Below, piece after piece: positions 25,914 through 37,984 of a DNA stretch of 64,000 nt. Position numbers and translations under genes: made by a program. How positions within the stretch are numbered: the stretch's first letter is position 1; every line of letters begins with the position of its first letter. This DNA is from Eledone cirrhosa (lineage: Eukaryota). Where the stretch lies: NCBI GenBank assembly GCA_964016885.1, contig OZ024743.1, positions 373,178,001 to 373,242,000 on the forward strand, written 5' to 3'. The notes beneath the pieces were generated by a model. It did no database searches. It was not told where the DNA came from and worked only from the letters and a program-made list of their open reading frames with translations.

Positions 25914-26774
25914 AAACTGAATGATTCTTGGCTTCAGAGTTAAGAATAAAGTAAATAAAATACAGAGGTAATTGAAATTAAATAAATACATACACGCATC
26001 CATAAACGTACATACACAAGCATAAGCGAAAACACTCGCCATAGGTATACAAATACATGCACGTACACAACCCCCCCCCCCCCCCTAAAAAAAACACGCA
26101 CTTACAGAACCCACGCAACGCCTGTACCTGCACGCATATGAATGTATGCACCAAGTACACAAAAATATATATATATATGTGTGTGTGCGTGTATACATAT
26201 ATTTAAATAAACGTATATAAATAAATAAATACGTATATAACAAGAGCACACACATACCTACAGCAAAAAAGCACCCAGCCCACACTGTAAAGTGGTTGTG
26301 TAGGCACCACGGAAAAAAAGCACCCAGCACTCACTGTAAATGAGGTTGGTGTTAGGAAGGGCATCCAGCTGTAGAAATCAAGCCAGAATCAGTTCCCGTC
26401 CCACCCTTGCAAGCAGGGAAAAGCGGACGTAAAATGATGATGATAATGATATATATATGCTAGCGTGGAAGATGGACGTTGAACGAAGATGATGATGTAT
26501 ATATGTATATATATATATATATATAAATGAAAAGTATAGAAATTATTGTAGCAAGAAGCCAACAGTATTCCATAATATATAAGTGACTATAGCATCAAAG
26601 TGGAAAAATAGTTAATGTAAGATGTGGGAAAATAATTCAAACTCAATTAAAAAAGAATCAGGATATAGATTCATCCACAGAATTTGGTGAAGTCCAAGGA
26701 AAAATCAATAGAGCCTTAACTCATGATAAAATAAAGTTTAAAATACTCATCCTTCAATTTGGAAAAACTACAAT

Positions 26775-26852
26775 GCTCTGTATAGTCTTAAAGACTATTT
26801 CACAAAACTTTCAGTGGGGATGGTCACGGTTGGAATCGATCATCAGCAGAGC
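26775..26852 (-). ncRNA. Type I hammerhead ribozyme motif with a self-contained stem III hairpin
   Basis: Minus strand: gctctg CTGATGA (38 nt) GAAA tagtc tttaa gacta TA cagagc. 6-bp stem I and 5-bp stem III; stem II is degenerate. Confidence 0.8.
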
Positions 26853-27864
26853 TCAAAGACACGATAACCAAAGTCCCACTGTTTATAATATGCCAAAAAG
26901 GGAATTTAAAAGCAGGCTAGTTCAAAATCATGCGTAATTATGAAGAAAAATGCACATGTAGAGACAGGGCTGGTGACGTCAGAATGAGATATACATTGCC
27001 TCATTTCTCCCTATTTTGGGGCAATTTTTTCATGGTACTCCTTGTTTGGCTTTTAGAGGTTTGCAGGTCTGATATATATATATATATATATAAATATATA
27101 CACACACATGTATATAAGATGTACCTAATTGTAAGGCAAGGATATTTGGATATATATATAATTTTTCTAAAGAACTCAGTGTGTATGAAAAGCAGAGTAT
27201 ATAAAAATATATAACATATATTTAGTATATTCTTACAATTTGTGGATTGTTTCTGTTTTACAACTAAAATTTAAAAAATGTCCAAATTTCTCATTATTTA
27301 TATTGTATTTCTTTATGCCTGTCAACTTACATTTATTAATGACTAAGATATTGTAGCAATTCTGTCCACCCATTTTTAGAAGGTCTGCAGAAGTTTCTTT
27401 TCTTTTTTGAAGACACTCCTGACATCTGAGACAGCCACTTGTGTTTGGCAGCACTAATCTCATCTCATATATATATATATAATATATTTATATTTATATA
27501 TATTAATATATATATATATATAATATATTTATATTTATATATTTATATATATTAATACATATATATATAATATATATATATATTTATATATATTAATATA
27601 TATATGTATGTATAACATATATATATATATGTGTGTGTGTATGTGTGTATGGGTATATTTGGCTGTCTGAAGTGGCTACTTTCTTGCTTATAGACTAGAC
27701 AGTGGTCAAGTTAGACCAATAAAAATTCAAGGCAAATTTATCACTTCTCATTCTTTGGCCACCAAGAGAGAGAGGGAGGGAGAGAGAGAAAGAAACCGAG
27801 TGAACATTAGAAGCTGGATTTGAAACCTTCATAAGGAAAAAAGAAAAACTAAGTAAAATCCCAA

Positions 27865-27904
27865 ATGGCCAAGAATTGCCTCCTGCTGTTTGTATTGTTT
27901 ACAG
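27865..27904 (+). CDS. Exon 1 of small secreted six-Cys protein (MAKNCLLLFVLFT, signal peptide)
   Basis: aaATGG start, hydrophobic stretch, phase-1 donor ACAG|gttagt. Confidence 0.75.
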
Positions 27905-29540
27905 GTTAGTTTTATTTTTTAATTTTTCTCTATATTTATTTATATCATTATCCATTGAATAAGTGTCTTTAAAAAATGCAGGATAGAATATTTTGCTTAA
28001 AAAGATATTTAATTTTGTGAAAGATTAAATTAAATAACACAAACTATTTATCGTAAAATCACTTAACCTTTAACTCTACAAAATACTTCAACAATGCTAG
28101 TATAGTCATTGCCTTTGTCTCTCTCGCTCTCCCCATCTCTTACTATTATAAGCAAATGGGAGCCCACGCGCTGGCCACTTTTCAGCCCTGGCGGACAGAA
28201 TAGAGTTTTCTTTCCAGCTATCTGAGTTCAATTGCTGACCGGGATCAACCTTTGATAAAATAGTAACAGTCTAGTACTGGGGTCAATACTTTCTCTACAA
28301 CTCTTTCTCATTTCCTCTCTCTATCTCACTCACTATCTTTCTCTGAAAGAAATTAGTTGTGTTTAGACCTGGAGAAGAGATAGTCTCCATCAGGTATTTT
28401 CACAGTAAAGGCTTTACTCATATAATATAGAATCTATGAGATTTTAATGATATCATTTTGAGAACAATACCTTAGAGTCAGAATGAGGAGTTAGTTATAG
28501 GTCAATATATATGTCCATTGTTATAATTTGACCTTAGTTAGCTCCTGTACAGCAGACCTATGATGAAAAGTGTTTTAGCATTAACCAACAAATCTTTTTG
28601 GATATCTTACATTATATTCAGGGCTGTGTTAAGCCCTTCTGAGGCCCTAACGACTTAAAATGTTAGGGTATTCCCCATACATAAAATTTGCCAAACATTT
28701 TTTTTTGGAATGACAAATACAAAATTTGAATGGTGCCTCTCTTCTTTTGATGCTATTAGTATGTGTTTATTTTGTATAATGGTTAACCCAGCTGCGACTA
28801 GATAGTAATATATAAACATACACATAAATACACATACATATATATGTGTGTGTGTGTGTGTGTGTGAGTCCCACGTTCAGTCAGGAGTAACCACAGTAAG
28901 TAAGGTACTTAATAAATTGGTAAAGTGTAAACATAATATTTAATATAGAAATGGTTTTTGCAGGACTAGGACTGTTTCATTCATGTATGAAACAGTTCTA
29001 GTCCTCTAGAAGCAATTTCTATGTTAATCATTATATATACATCATCATCATCATCATCATGGGCTAGATCGATACAGATCGAACCTTGAGCTGATCAGTG
29101 GTGAAACGTGTGTCACCAACCAATAAACGTAAGGAAGGGGTAACCACTCGTCCTTGTTTTATTTTATTATATATATATATCATCATCATCATCATCATTT
29201 AACGTCCATCTTCCACGCTAGCATGGGTTGGACGGCTTTGTCCCACTTCTACAAAACTATCTCTAGCAGGTTTTCTAGAGCTGGATGCCCTTCCTAACAC
29301 CAACCACATACATACATACACACATACATATTCATATATATATATATGAATATATATATATATAGAGAATTAGTATATCTACCAACATATGTATACAGAT
29401 GTATACCCATGCTAGCAAATATATATGTTATGTCTTAGTACCTTTGTGGTTCTATGCAGGGGGATGCAGAACAATTATATGAAAGACGTAAAATAAGAAA
29501 ATTTTAAAAATTAAAGATTAACTTACTTACTAAAATTTTC

Positions 29541-29622
29541 ACTCCAACTAATTAGTTTCTGTAAGGGAACAAATATAGTTACGTAACGTAGCTATAGAGA
29601 ATTCTTTACGTCATCAGGGAGT
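29541..29622 (-). ncRNA. Type I hammerhead ribozyme motif (left arm)
   Basis: Minus strand: actcc CTGATGA cgtaaagaa..tatagctacgttacgtaactata..ttcccttaca GAAA ctaattag TT ggagt. Confidence 0.85.
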
Positions 29623-29777
29623 CTATTCTCAGCTAAGTTCCCAGGCAATGCGCGGACACTAGGAACCCATATAAAAATAATAATTCAGTGGATGGAATAA
29701 AGCTAGCGGGGACTAAATTCCAGAGCACTGAAAAAATTCACTGCCTATTTGGTCAGTGGCAGATTAGCTGAGAATAG

Positions 29778-29859
29778 ACCCCCTGATGACGTAAGGAATT
29801 CTCTATAGTTACGTTACGTAACTATATTTGTTCCCTTACAGAAACTAATTAGTTGGAGT
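29778..29859 (+). ncRNA. Type I hammerhead ribozyme motif (right arm; one stem I mismatch)
   Basis: acccc CTGATGA cgtaagg..tatagttacgttacgtaactata..cccttaca GAAA ctaattag TT ggagt. Confidence 0.8.
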
Positions 29860-29910
29860 GAAAATTTTAGTAAGTTAATTTTTTATTTTTAAAATTTTCT
29901 TATTTTACGT

Positions 29911-29979
<69 letters not shown>

Positions 29980-30639
29980 TAGTCGTTTGACAAAAAAGTG
30001 ATCATTAAAATAAGTACCAGGCTTTAAAAAATAATTACTGGGGTCAATATGATCGACTAAATCATGGCAGTGCCTCAGCATGGCCGCAGTCTAATAACTG
30101 AAACCAATAAAGAATAAAAGAATGTAAGAATATACATTTAACCTTTTAGCATTTACTTTACTCTATATATACTGTTGTATTTTCGTGGTAAAAGCTTTAT
30201 CTCACATAATTATCTCACATAATATCAAATCTGAGATTTTGATGTTATTTATTTTGAAAACAATACCTTAACATCAGTATGAGTGGCCAATTATGGCTGG
30301 TTTGAACAGAGAGAGGTGAGAGAATTCTGGCTGGATATGACCAGTTTAAATGGTAATGGGTTAAAGCAGGATAAATGTGAGGGGAGTTGGCTTCATTAGT
30401 CATAGAGTATGATGCCAACTGGCTTATATAGATTTTCTCTGTTCCAATAGGCGTGAGTGTTTTAGATGGTGAACACTGGTGTTAGGCTAAGACGACATGT
30501 AGATTATAGTAATCTTTAGTAGGCTATTGTTGTTGTTGATGTTGTCTTACTTGCTAGATCTGAAAGATGGAATAGTGTCCAGAATTTCACAGCCTTTCTG
30601 AGACTGGAGAGATCAATATCATTGATGTTCTGCTTAAAC

Positions 30640-30915
30640 TGTTGTTGTTGTTGTTGTTACTGTTGCTGTTGCTGTTGTTATTAGTGGTGGTGTTGATGTT
30701 GTTGTTACTGCTGTTGTTGCTACTGTTGCAGTTGTTGCTGCTGTTGTTGCTGTTGTTGTAGTTGTTGCTGTTGTTGTTGTCCTTGTTATTACTGCTGTTA
30801 TTGCTCCTGCTGCTGTTGTTATTGTTGTTGTTACTGCTGTTGTTGCTGCTGCTGTTGTTGTTGCTGTTGTTGTTATACTGCTGTTGTTGTTATATTGCTG
30901 CTATTGTTGTTGTTT
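30640..30915. repeat. (GTT/GCT)n low-complexity tract
   Basis: Direct reading. Confidence 0.9.
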
Positions 30916-32048
30916 AGTGCTAGCTCAGACTGGATCCAGCTGACTTATGATTAAAACTGTTCCAGTTATGAATGTCCAATGTTTAATGTATTAAGATTTA
31001 AACAATCTAATGTCTCTTTCTTTAAGAGAGGATGAGGATGTAGTTTGAGTGTGAAATGGCTGTAACTAACCCTGTAGATCAAACAACTACTTAGAGAGCC
31101 CCTGGGTGCTTCTAAATCTCTCATATGTAGCATTTACCAGTGAATTTACCAATGATTGTATCGCATTATTCAGTGGATTGGCAGTATCGATAGAATGTCA
31201 GACAACATGCTTTGTAGTATATAGTTACGGCCCTTTACGTTCTGAGTTCAAATCTCACTGAGGTTAGCTTTGACTTTCATCTTTATAGGGGTCAATTAAA
31301 TAAAGTACCAATAACACACTGGAGTCGACTTAATTGACTTTCCCTTTCCCCAAATTGCCTAAATCAGAAGTCATTATTCAGCTGAGACATATTATAAAAG
31401 AATTACTATTATTAGCATTATCTCTGGCCTTGTGCCTAAAGTAGAAACAACTATTATTAACAGTACAGAATTACACGTTCAACCTAGTGTAATTGCAACT
31501 CAAGACAAGGGACACAACTCTAGCTATATCTGCACATTGCAGAACCACATGGTAGGAGATATTGTCTTGCCAGGAAATATTCATTATGGATAGTAGATGC
31601 CACAATTGGCATCTACAACATAAGCTTTTTAAATAGTGAGCTGAGATATGGAAGCTGTCAAAGAGGATACCCATAACCCTATTACAAGAATCCGTTCGCC
31701 GGAGCTGCTCGTGGCCAGCACATGCTCCCTGCCCCATTTGTTCATAATAGTGAGAGATGGGGAGAGCAGGAGAAACGGAGGCAGTGACAGTGGGAATTTA
31801 GTTCCTTGGTGTATACGTATATGTTTCACAGACACACTCAGACTCATGCCTTAGGTTTCACATCCTCAGACACTAAACAAAGATGTCCTCAAACATCACT
31901 TTCCAATGAAGCTGGTGACCTCAACGGGATTTGAATTCAGAATGTAAAGACACGCAACTGAATACCTCAAAGTATTCTGTCACAGGCTCTAACAATTCTG
32001 CCAATCCACAACCCTTTTTATTAACTTAATAATTATATTGTTATTTAA

Positions 32049-32280
32049 CCCTCCCATTACTACATTTCTAATGAAATACACTCTATTTTAATTAATTAAT
32101 GAAGAATTTTGAGGGATTTACTAAAATTATTAATTATTTCATTACTAAGATAGTAACTTAATGTAAGGTTCTAATATAGAATTATGTTGGAAGATTTTAG
32201 TTTAAATTGGAAACCTTTAAAATGGGTTGTTTTATTTCATAGAACCAGAACTAGATTTAGCTGGGTTGATAACTAAAGGG
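32049..32280. mobile_element. Second piggyBac-type MITE
   Basis: TTAA|CCCT...AGGG|TTAA termini with a different internal sequence. Confidence 0.55.
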
Positions 32281-32454
32281 TTAAGTTTCAACCCTAGCCC
32301 CATAGTTTGACATGTGTATTTCTTAATGAATTAATTAAGCAAATAAAACAAATATGAGAAGATGAGTGAAACAGTAGCAGGATATTTTAGTAATGTTTGC
32401 TTTCTTAGGTGTGGGAATAGTAATGATGGTATACAAACTATTAAAATGACATGA

Positions 32455-32495
<41 letters not shown>

Positions 32496-33100
32496 ACACA
32501 CACACATAGCATATACTCTGCACAAGAAACAGACAAAAAATAAAACGACACCCACCGGACGTAACATATAAACACAATCCTACACACCCAGAAAACAATA
32601 CTGTACACAATCCAGGAACACAGTGGTCCTGAAAGTGTAATAGCTGCTTAGATAAAACTGATGAAAACATATTCAAAATATATTAAAACTAACTAGTGAT
32701 GAGGTCATGATAAAATACACCCATTTTGTAAAGAGTTGTTATAATTGTTTCTACGTTTGGCACAAGGCCAGCAATTACCCAGTGCATTACTGGTACTTTA
32801 TTTTATCGACCCTGTAAGGATGAAAAGCAAAGTTAACCTCGGCGGGATTTGAACTCAGAATGGCAAGGACCGTAACTCTATACGTCAAAGCATGGTGTCC
32901 GACCCTCTACCGATACTGCCAATCCACCGCCCTTGGATAGAATGCTTTGCAGTATATGTTTTGGCTCACTGCAGAGAAGAGTGAGTGAGAAAGAGATATA
33001 GAGAAAGAATCAACTTCAGTTCAAAACATCCTGAGGTCAACTTTGCCTGTCATCCTTTTCAGGTCGATAAAAAAAGTACTAGTCCAGTACTGGGGTCAAT

Positions 33101-33140
<40 letters not shown>

Positions 33141-34312
33141 AAGAAATTGGCTGTGTTCAGACCTGGATAGGGTTAAAAATGCCTAAAGCACACTGCATGT
33201 CACTACAGTGCCTATATGACTCCATCACGAGTTACAGGTCTATACACTCATATACATTCTAGAAAGATCTTGGTATTTAAATAGTAACAATATAGTTTTA
33301 GGAAGGGCATCCAGTCATAGAAACCATATAAAAAAAGGAACATATTGAGTGAGATACGGTCCATTGATCCATTTAGGAAGACAGTAGCTGTGGTTAAGAC
33401 TTTCCATGTCAGCATGGAAAAAATGGACATAAAATAATTATTTCTACTTTTGGCACAAGGCCAGCAATTAGCCCAGTGCATTACTGGTGCTTTATTCAAT
33501 CAACCCCGTAGGGATGAAATGGACATAAAATAATGATGATGCCCTACATTAGCATTTTCCCCACTTTTCTCTCTGCTCATATCTTATCTAATTTACATAG
33601 TATACATTTAAGAAATAAAAATTATAAAATATAGCCCACACTGTAAAATGGTTGTGAAGGTCTCACAACAAAAATCACCCAGCCCACACTGTAAAGTGGT
33701 CATGTAGGTGTCACTACAAAAAGCACCCAGCCCACACTGTAAAGTGGTCATGTAGGTGTCACTACAAAAAGCACCCAGCCCACACTGTAAAGTGGTCGTA
33801 TAGATGTCACAACAAAAAGCACCCAGCCTACACTGTAAAGTGGTTGTGTAGGTGTCACGACAAAAAGCACCCAGCCCACACTGTAAAGTGGTTGTGTAGG
33901 TGTCACGACAAAAAGCGTTAGGAAGGGCTTCCAACCATAGAAACCTAGCTAGCTATATGAGCAAGACACGGTCACCTGACACAACTTGCCTCTAATTGGA
34001 CAACCTGTCTAACCCATGCTGGCATGGAAAAATGGATGTTAAATGGTGAAGATGATGATGATATAGTTAAAATTGATTCAAGAAAGCCATTAGAAATATT
34101 GGAGTTAAAATGGAGTTAAATTGGAGTTAAAATGATATGAAATATGAGTTGGTCATGCTATTCAGTTGTTGAGGAGATGATCTCATTACTTTCAGAGCAA
34201 TCATTCTTCTCATACTTCAAGATATTTACATTCAAATGTGTTTGTATGCATAGCTCTATGTATAGTACACACACACAAATACATATATAGTATGTATGTG
34301 TGTCTGCGTGTT

Positions 34313-34364
<52 letters not shown>

Positions 34365-34385
34365 CTCTGTGTGTGTCTGTGTGTG

Positions 34386-34466
<81 letters not shown>

Positions 34467-34549
34467 GGTGTCATGACAAAAAGCACCCAGCCCAGCCTGT
34501 AAAGTGGTTGTGTAGGTGTCACGACAAAAAGCAGCCAGCCCACAAGAAT

Positions 34550-35090
34550 TTGATAGCACTTGTTTCCTGTGGTCGTTTGCTGCTTACTGCCCCGGTGCAA
34601 CCGCTACATTTAAAAGCTATATTCTAGCTAAACTACCTGAGATCCTACAACATCAGAACAGAAAACAAATGCTATCAAATTCTCAGAAGGTTCCATAGAA
34701 GCACTTGACATCTTCTGCTCCCTAGGTGACCAAATTAGCAGCGGAGGTGGGTATGCCAAAAGTAGAGTAGCCAGAGTGAGAACTGGATGGAAGAAGTTCA
34801 GGGATCTACTACCACTGCTAGCTTCAAAAGATTTTTCCTCAAAATGAAGGGCAGATAGTATGATGCGTGTATATGAACAGCAATGTTACATGGTAGTGAT
34901 ACCAGGGCACTGTGTACAGAAGACCTGCGAAGATTGGAAAGAAATGAAGCTGGCATGCTTCGATGGATGTGTATGTGTAATATACATAAATGACAATGTA
35001 TAAATGAACTGAGAGAGAAACTAGGCAAAAGAAGGATCAGATGCAGTGTACAGGAGAGGAGATTGTGCTGGCTCCTCCTCCGCCTCATCC

Positions 35091-35121
<31 letters not shown>

Positions 35122-35345
35122 CACCATCACCACCACCATCACCACATGCTGGATGACAGCTGTATACAAAGGAGCAGAGTGCTCAAAGTGAATGGAAGCT
35201 ATGGAGTAGGAAGACAGGGGATGAGGTGATAAAAGCAGACCTTGCACAATTATACCTATGACACCTGTGACACAAGATCAAGTGTTAAGCAGTAATACAA
35301 AAGACCCACCTTCCCATGTGCACAGGCTGAAGCATACATCTAGTA
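34550..35345. mobile_element. Degenerate RTE fragment with inverted 5' segment
   Basis: About 34552-34655 matches RTE on the minus strand and about 34675-35345 on the plus strand. Interrupted by a (CAT/CAC)n tract. Confidence 0.65.
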
Positions 35346-35502
35346 TGCACTATTCTCCCTTACATTCCCCTTCCATACACCTCTCCATTGATCCACTTTT
35401 CACCTGATAACCCTAGATCTACTTCTTTAATTCCCATGCACCCCCCACTCTAGTCCTCAGTCCCCACAGTAAAGTGGTTGTATGTATGTTTATATGTATG
35501 TG

Positions 35503-35830
35503 TGAAGGCATGTAGCTTTGTGGTTAGGGCATGTGGCTCACAATCATAAGGTCATGAGTTTGATTCCCTGAAGGCACATTGTGTCCTTGAGCAAGACAAT
35601 TTATTTCATGTTGTTCTAGTCCACTCAGCTGGCGAAAACGAGTTGTACCTGTAATTCAAAGGGCATGCCTTGTCATGTTCTGTGTCTCACTGAATCTCCC
35701 TGACAACTACGATAGGGGTATGCATGTTTGTGGAATGCTCAGACACTTGCAAGTTAATTTCATGAGCAGGCTGTTCCGTTGATTGTATCAACAGGAACAC
35801 TCGTCGTCATAACTGACGGAGTGCCAGTTT
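35503..35830 (+). mobile_element. tRNA-derived SINE family B; other copies at about 2645-2783, 6610-6730, 14955-15090
   Basis: gaaggcatgt..tggttag..gagtttgattcc head and gtgtccttgagcaagaca..tttatttca core. Confidence 0.75.
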
Positions 35831-37933
35831 TTTTTGTGTGTGTATGTGTATGCATGTATGTGTGTATATATATGTATCCATGTGTGTGTGTGCCTACAAT
35901 GTATGTAGGATGAGGAGAGTGTATCTATCATCAAAGTCAAGTAGCTCAGTGATGCAGATTTAGCAATAGTGAAGAAATAACATTTAAGCATTCAGTTAAT
36001 GACCATGAATTAGCTTAAACCAATTTAAATAAATAACTTACTTAAACTTAATTTGAAATAAGATAACACCTTTCCTGCTATAATCGTTTTTTTTCTTCCG
36101 TTTTTTCTTTCTGTAGCTTTGGACATTTAACACTTTACATCCTGTTAGCAGAAAATATCTAAAAATGGGTTTCTTAATTTACAGTAAACTAAAGTAAAGA
36201 TTTTAAGTTTTAATGTGATGCAGTCATAGGGCTGTTTTATACTTTTCAAGAATGTCTTGCTAATGTTTTTTTTTTGTACATTATTCTATGTACTATGTAC
36301 TATTATTTTTTTTGTACATTATTCTATGTACTATACATGCACCTTTGATGAGTTGTAGTGCATCTGAGCACTGTACACAATAATTTTCATTATTATTTTT
36401 TTTCAATGAGGTTTCATGTGGTACAGGACGTTAAAAGTTGACTCTTATCATGCTGCAATGATTTAGAAGAAAATATCTAAAAACAGGTTTATCAATTCAA
36501 ATGTTTATATCTTTACTAATGGACAGATCGTTGTAAAAATTTCCAGTAAAGTAATGGTTTTATGTATCAATGTGATGTAGTCATAGTGCTGTGTTTTCAT
36601 CACATCATCCTCATCAACATCACCACCACCACCACACCTCATTATACTCATCATCTCCACCACAACTCCTCCTACTCAACGCCCCCCTACCTCCTCCTCC
36701 TCACCACCACCACCATCACCATTATCATCATCATTATCATCCTAATCACCATCACAACCATCATCATCATCATCATCGCCTTCATCATTCAACATCAACT
36801 TTTCCTGCTAGCAAGGATTGGATCAATGCTCAGGTGGACCAACCAACACAACCAAAAATAGATAAACTAGATTTTGAGAGAATATATTTGGTTGACATCT
36901 TGGCTAAAAAATCTGATTTATAATTTAGGCAAAAATATAGTAATTTGCAAGTCGATTATATCGACCCCCCCCCCCCCCCCAGGACTTCACTGGTATTTTA
37001 TTTTTTCGATCCTGGAAGGATGAAAGACAATATTAACCATGCCAGGATTTAAACTCAGAACATAAAGAACAGAATTAAATGCTGCAAAGCATTTCGTCCA
37101 ATGCTCTAATGATTCTGCCAATCCATTGCCCTCAAAATATTGATTTCTAATTTAAGTACAAGTCCAGTAATTTGTGGGGAGGGGAAAGTTGATTATATGA
37201 ACCACAGTACTTAACTGGTACTTTTATTTATCGACTCTCGAAGGATGAAAGGCAAAGTTGACCTCAGTGATATTTGAAACCAGGATGTAAAAGCCTGTAT
37301 CAAAATACTGCAATGTATTTCATCTGACACTCTACGGATTCTGCCAACCCAAAGAATTCCTTTTTAGGTTTCATGTTTCAAATCACGACTCACATTCCAA
37401 GTTTTATTGGAATAATTAAAAAAAAAACAGCAACAGTAAATATATATGAATAAACAAACAGAAGACGTACAGCAAATATTTCATGCAGATAACAGTTTAG
37501 AGAACGGTGGTTTAATTAATTTGTCTGCCAAATAATAAATCGTCTGCTTCATCCAACTTTCAATCATGCAAGATTACACTTATTAGGAATCATTTGATAC
37601 AGTTTTTTTGTTAAGTGTTACTCTAGAAATTGTGCTATGTCTTCTAGCTATCACCTAGTGAAACTTTATCTAGTCCTAGTTTTTTTTTTCTATTTTAAAT
37701 TATACCATGAAATCGGATTATTTTATAGTTTTTCCTTTATTAAGAAAAAAATATGTATTAGACCCCGCATCTCTATGTATTCAATGAATATATTTATAAA
37801 CATGCATACATGTATATATTTGTTAATATTTTGAATTCATATTAATAACTCCGGAAAACAATTACTGTGGAGTGCTTCTAATCTATTGTAAAACTTTATT
37901 CATTGATTTATTCATTGAACCTTGTTTAACCTT

Positions 37934-37980
<47 letters not shown>

Positions 37981-37984
<4 letters not shown>

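Noticed and set aside
31471-31854. Short ORFs on both strands in a GC-richer patch
   Set aside because: No recognisable domain and no consistent splice sites; cannot be supported.
36117-36130. Strong acceptor ttttttctttctgtAG as an alternative exon 2
   Set aside because: Phase-1 reading hits TAA after four codons, whereas 52089 gives a coherent protein.
34238-36923. YIYI-, poly-His- and SLSL-type ORFs here and elsewhere
   Set aside because: Translations of (TA)n, (CAT)n and (CT)n microsatellites.
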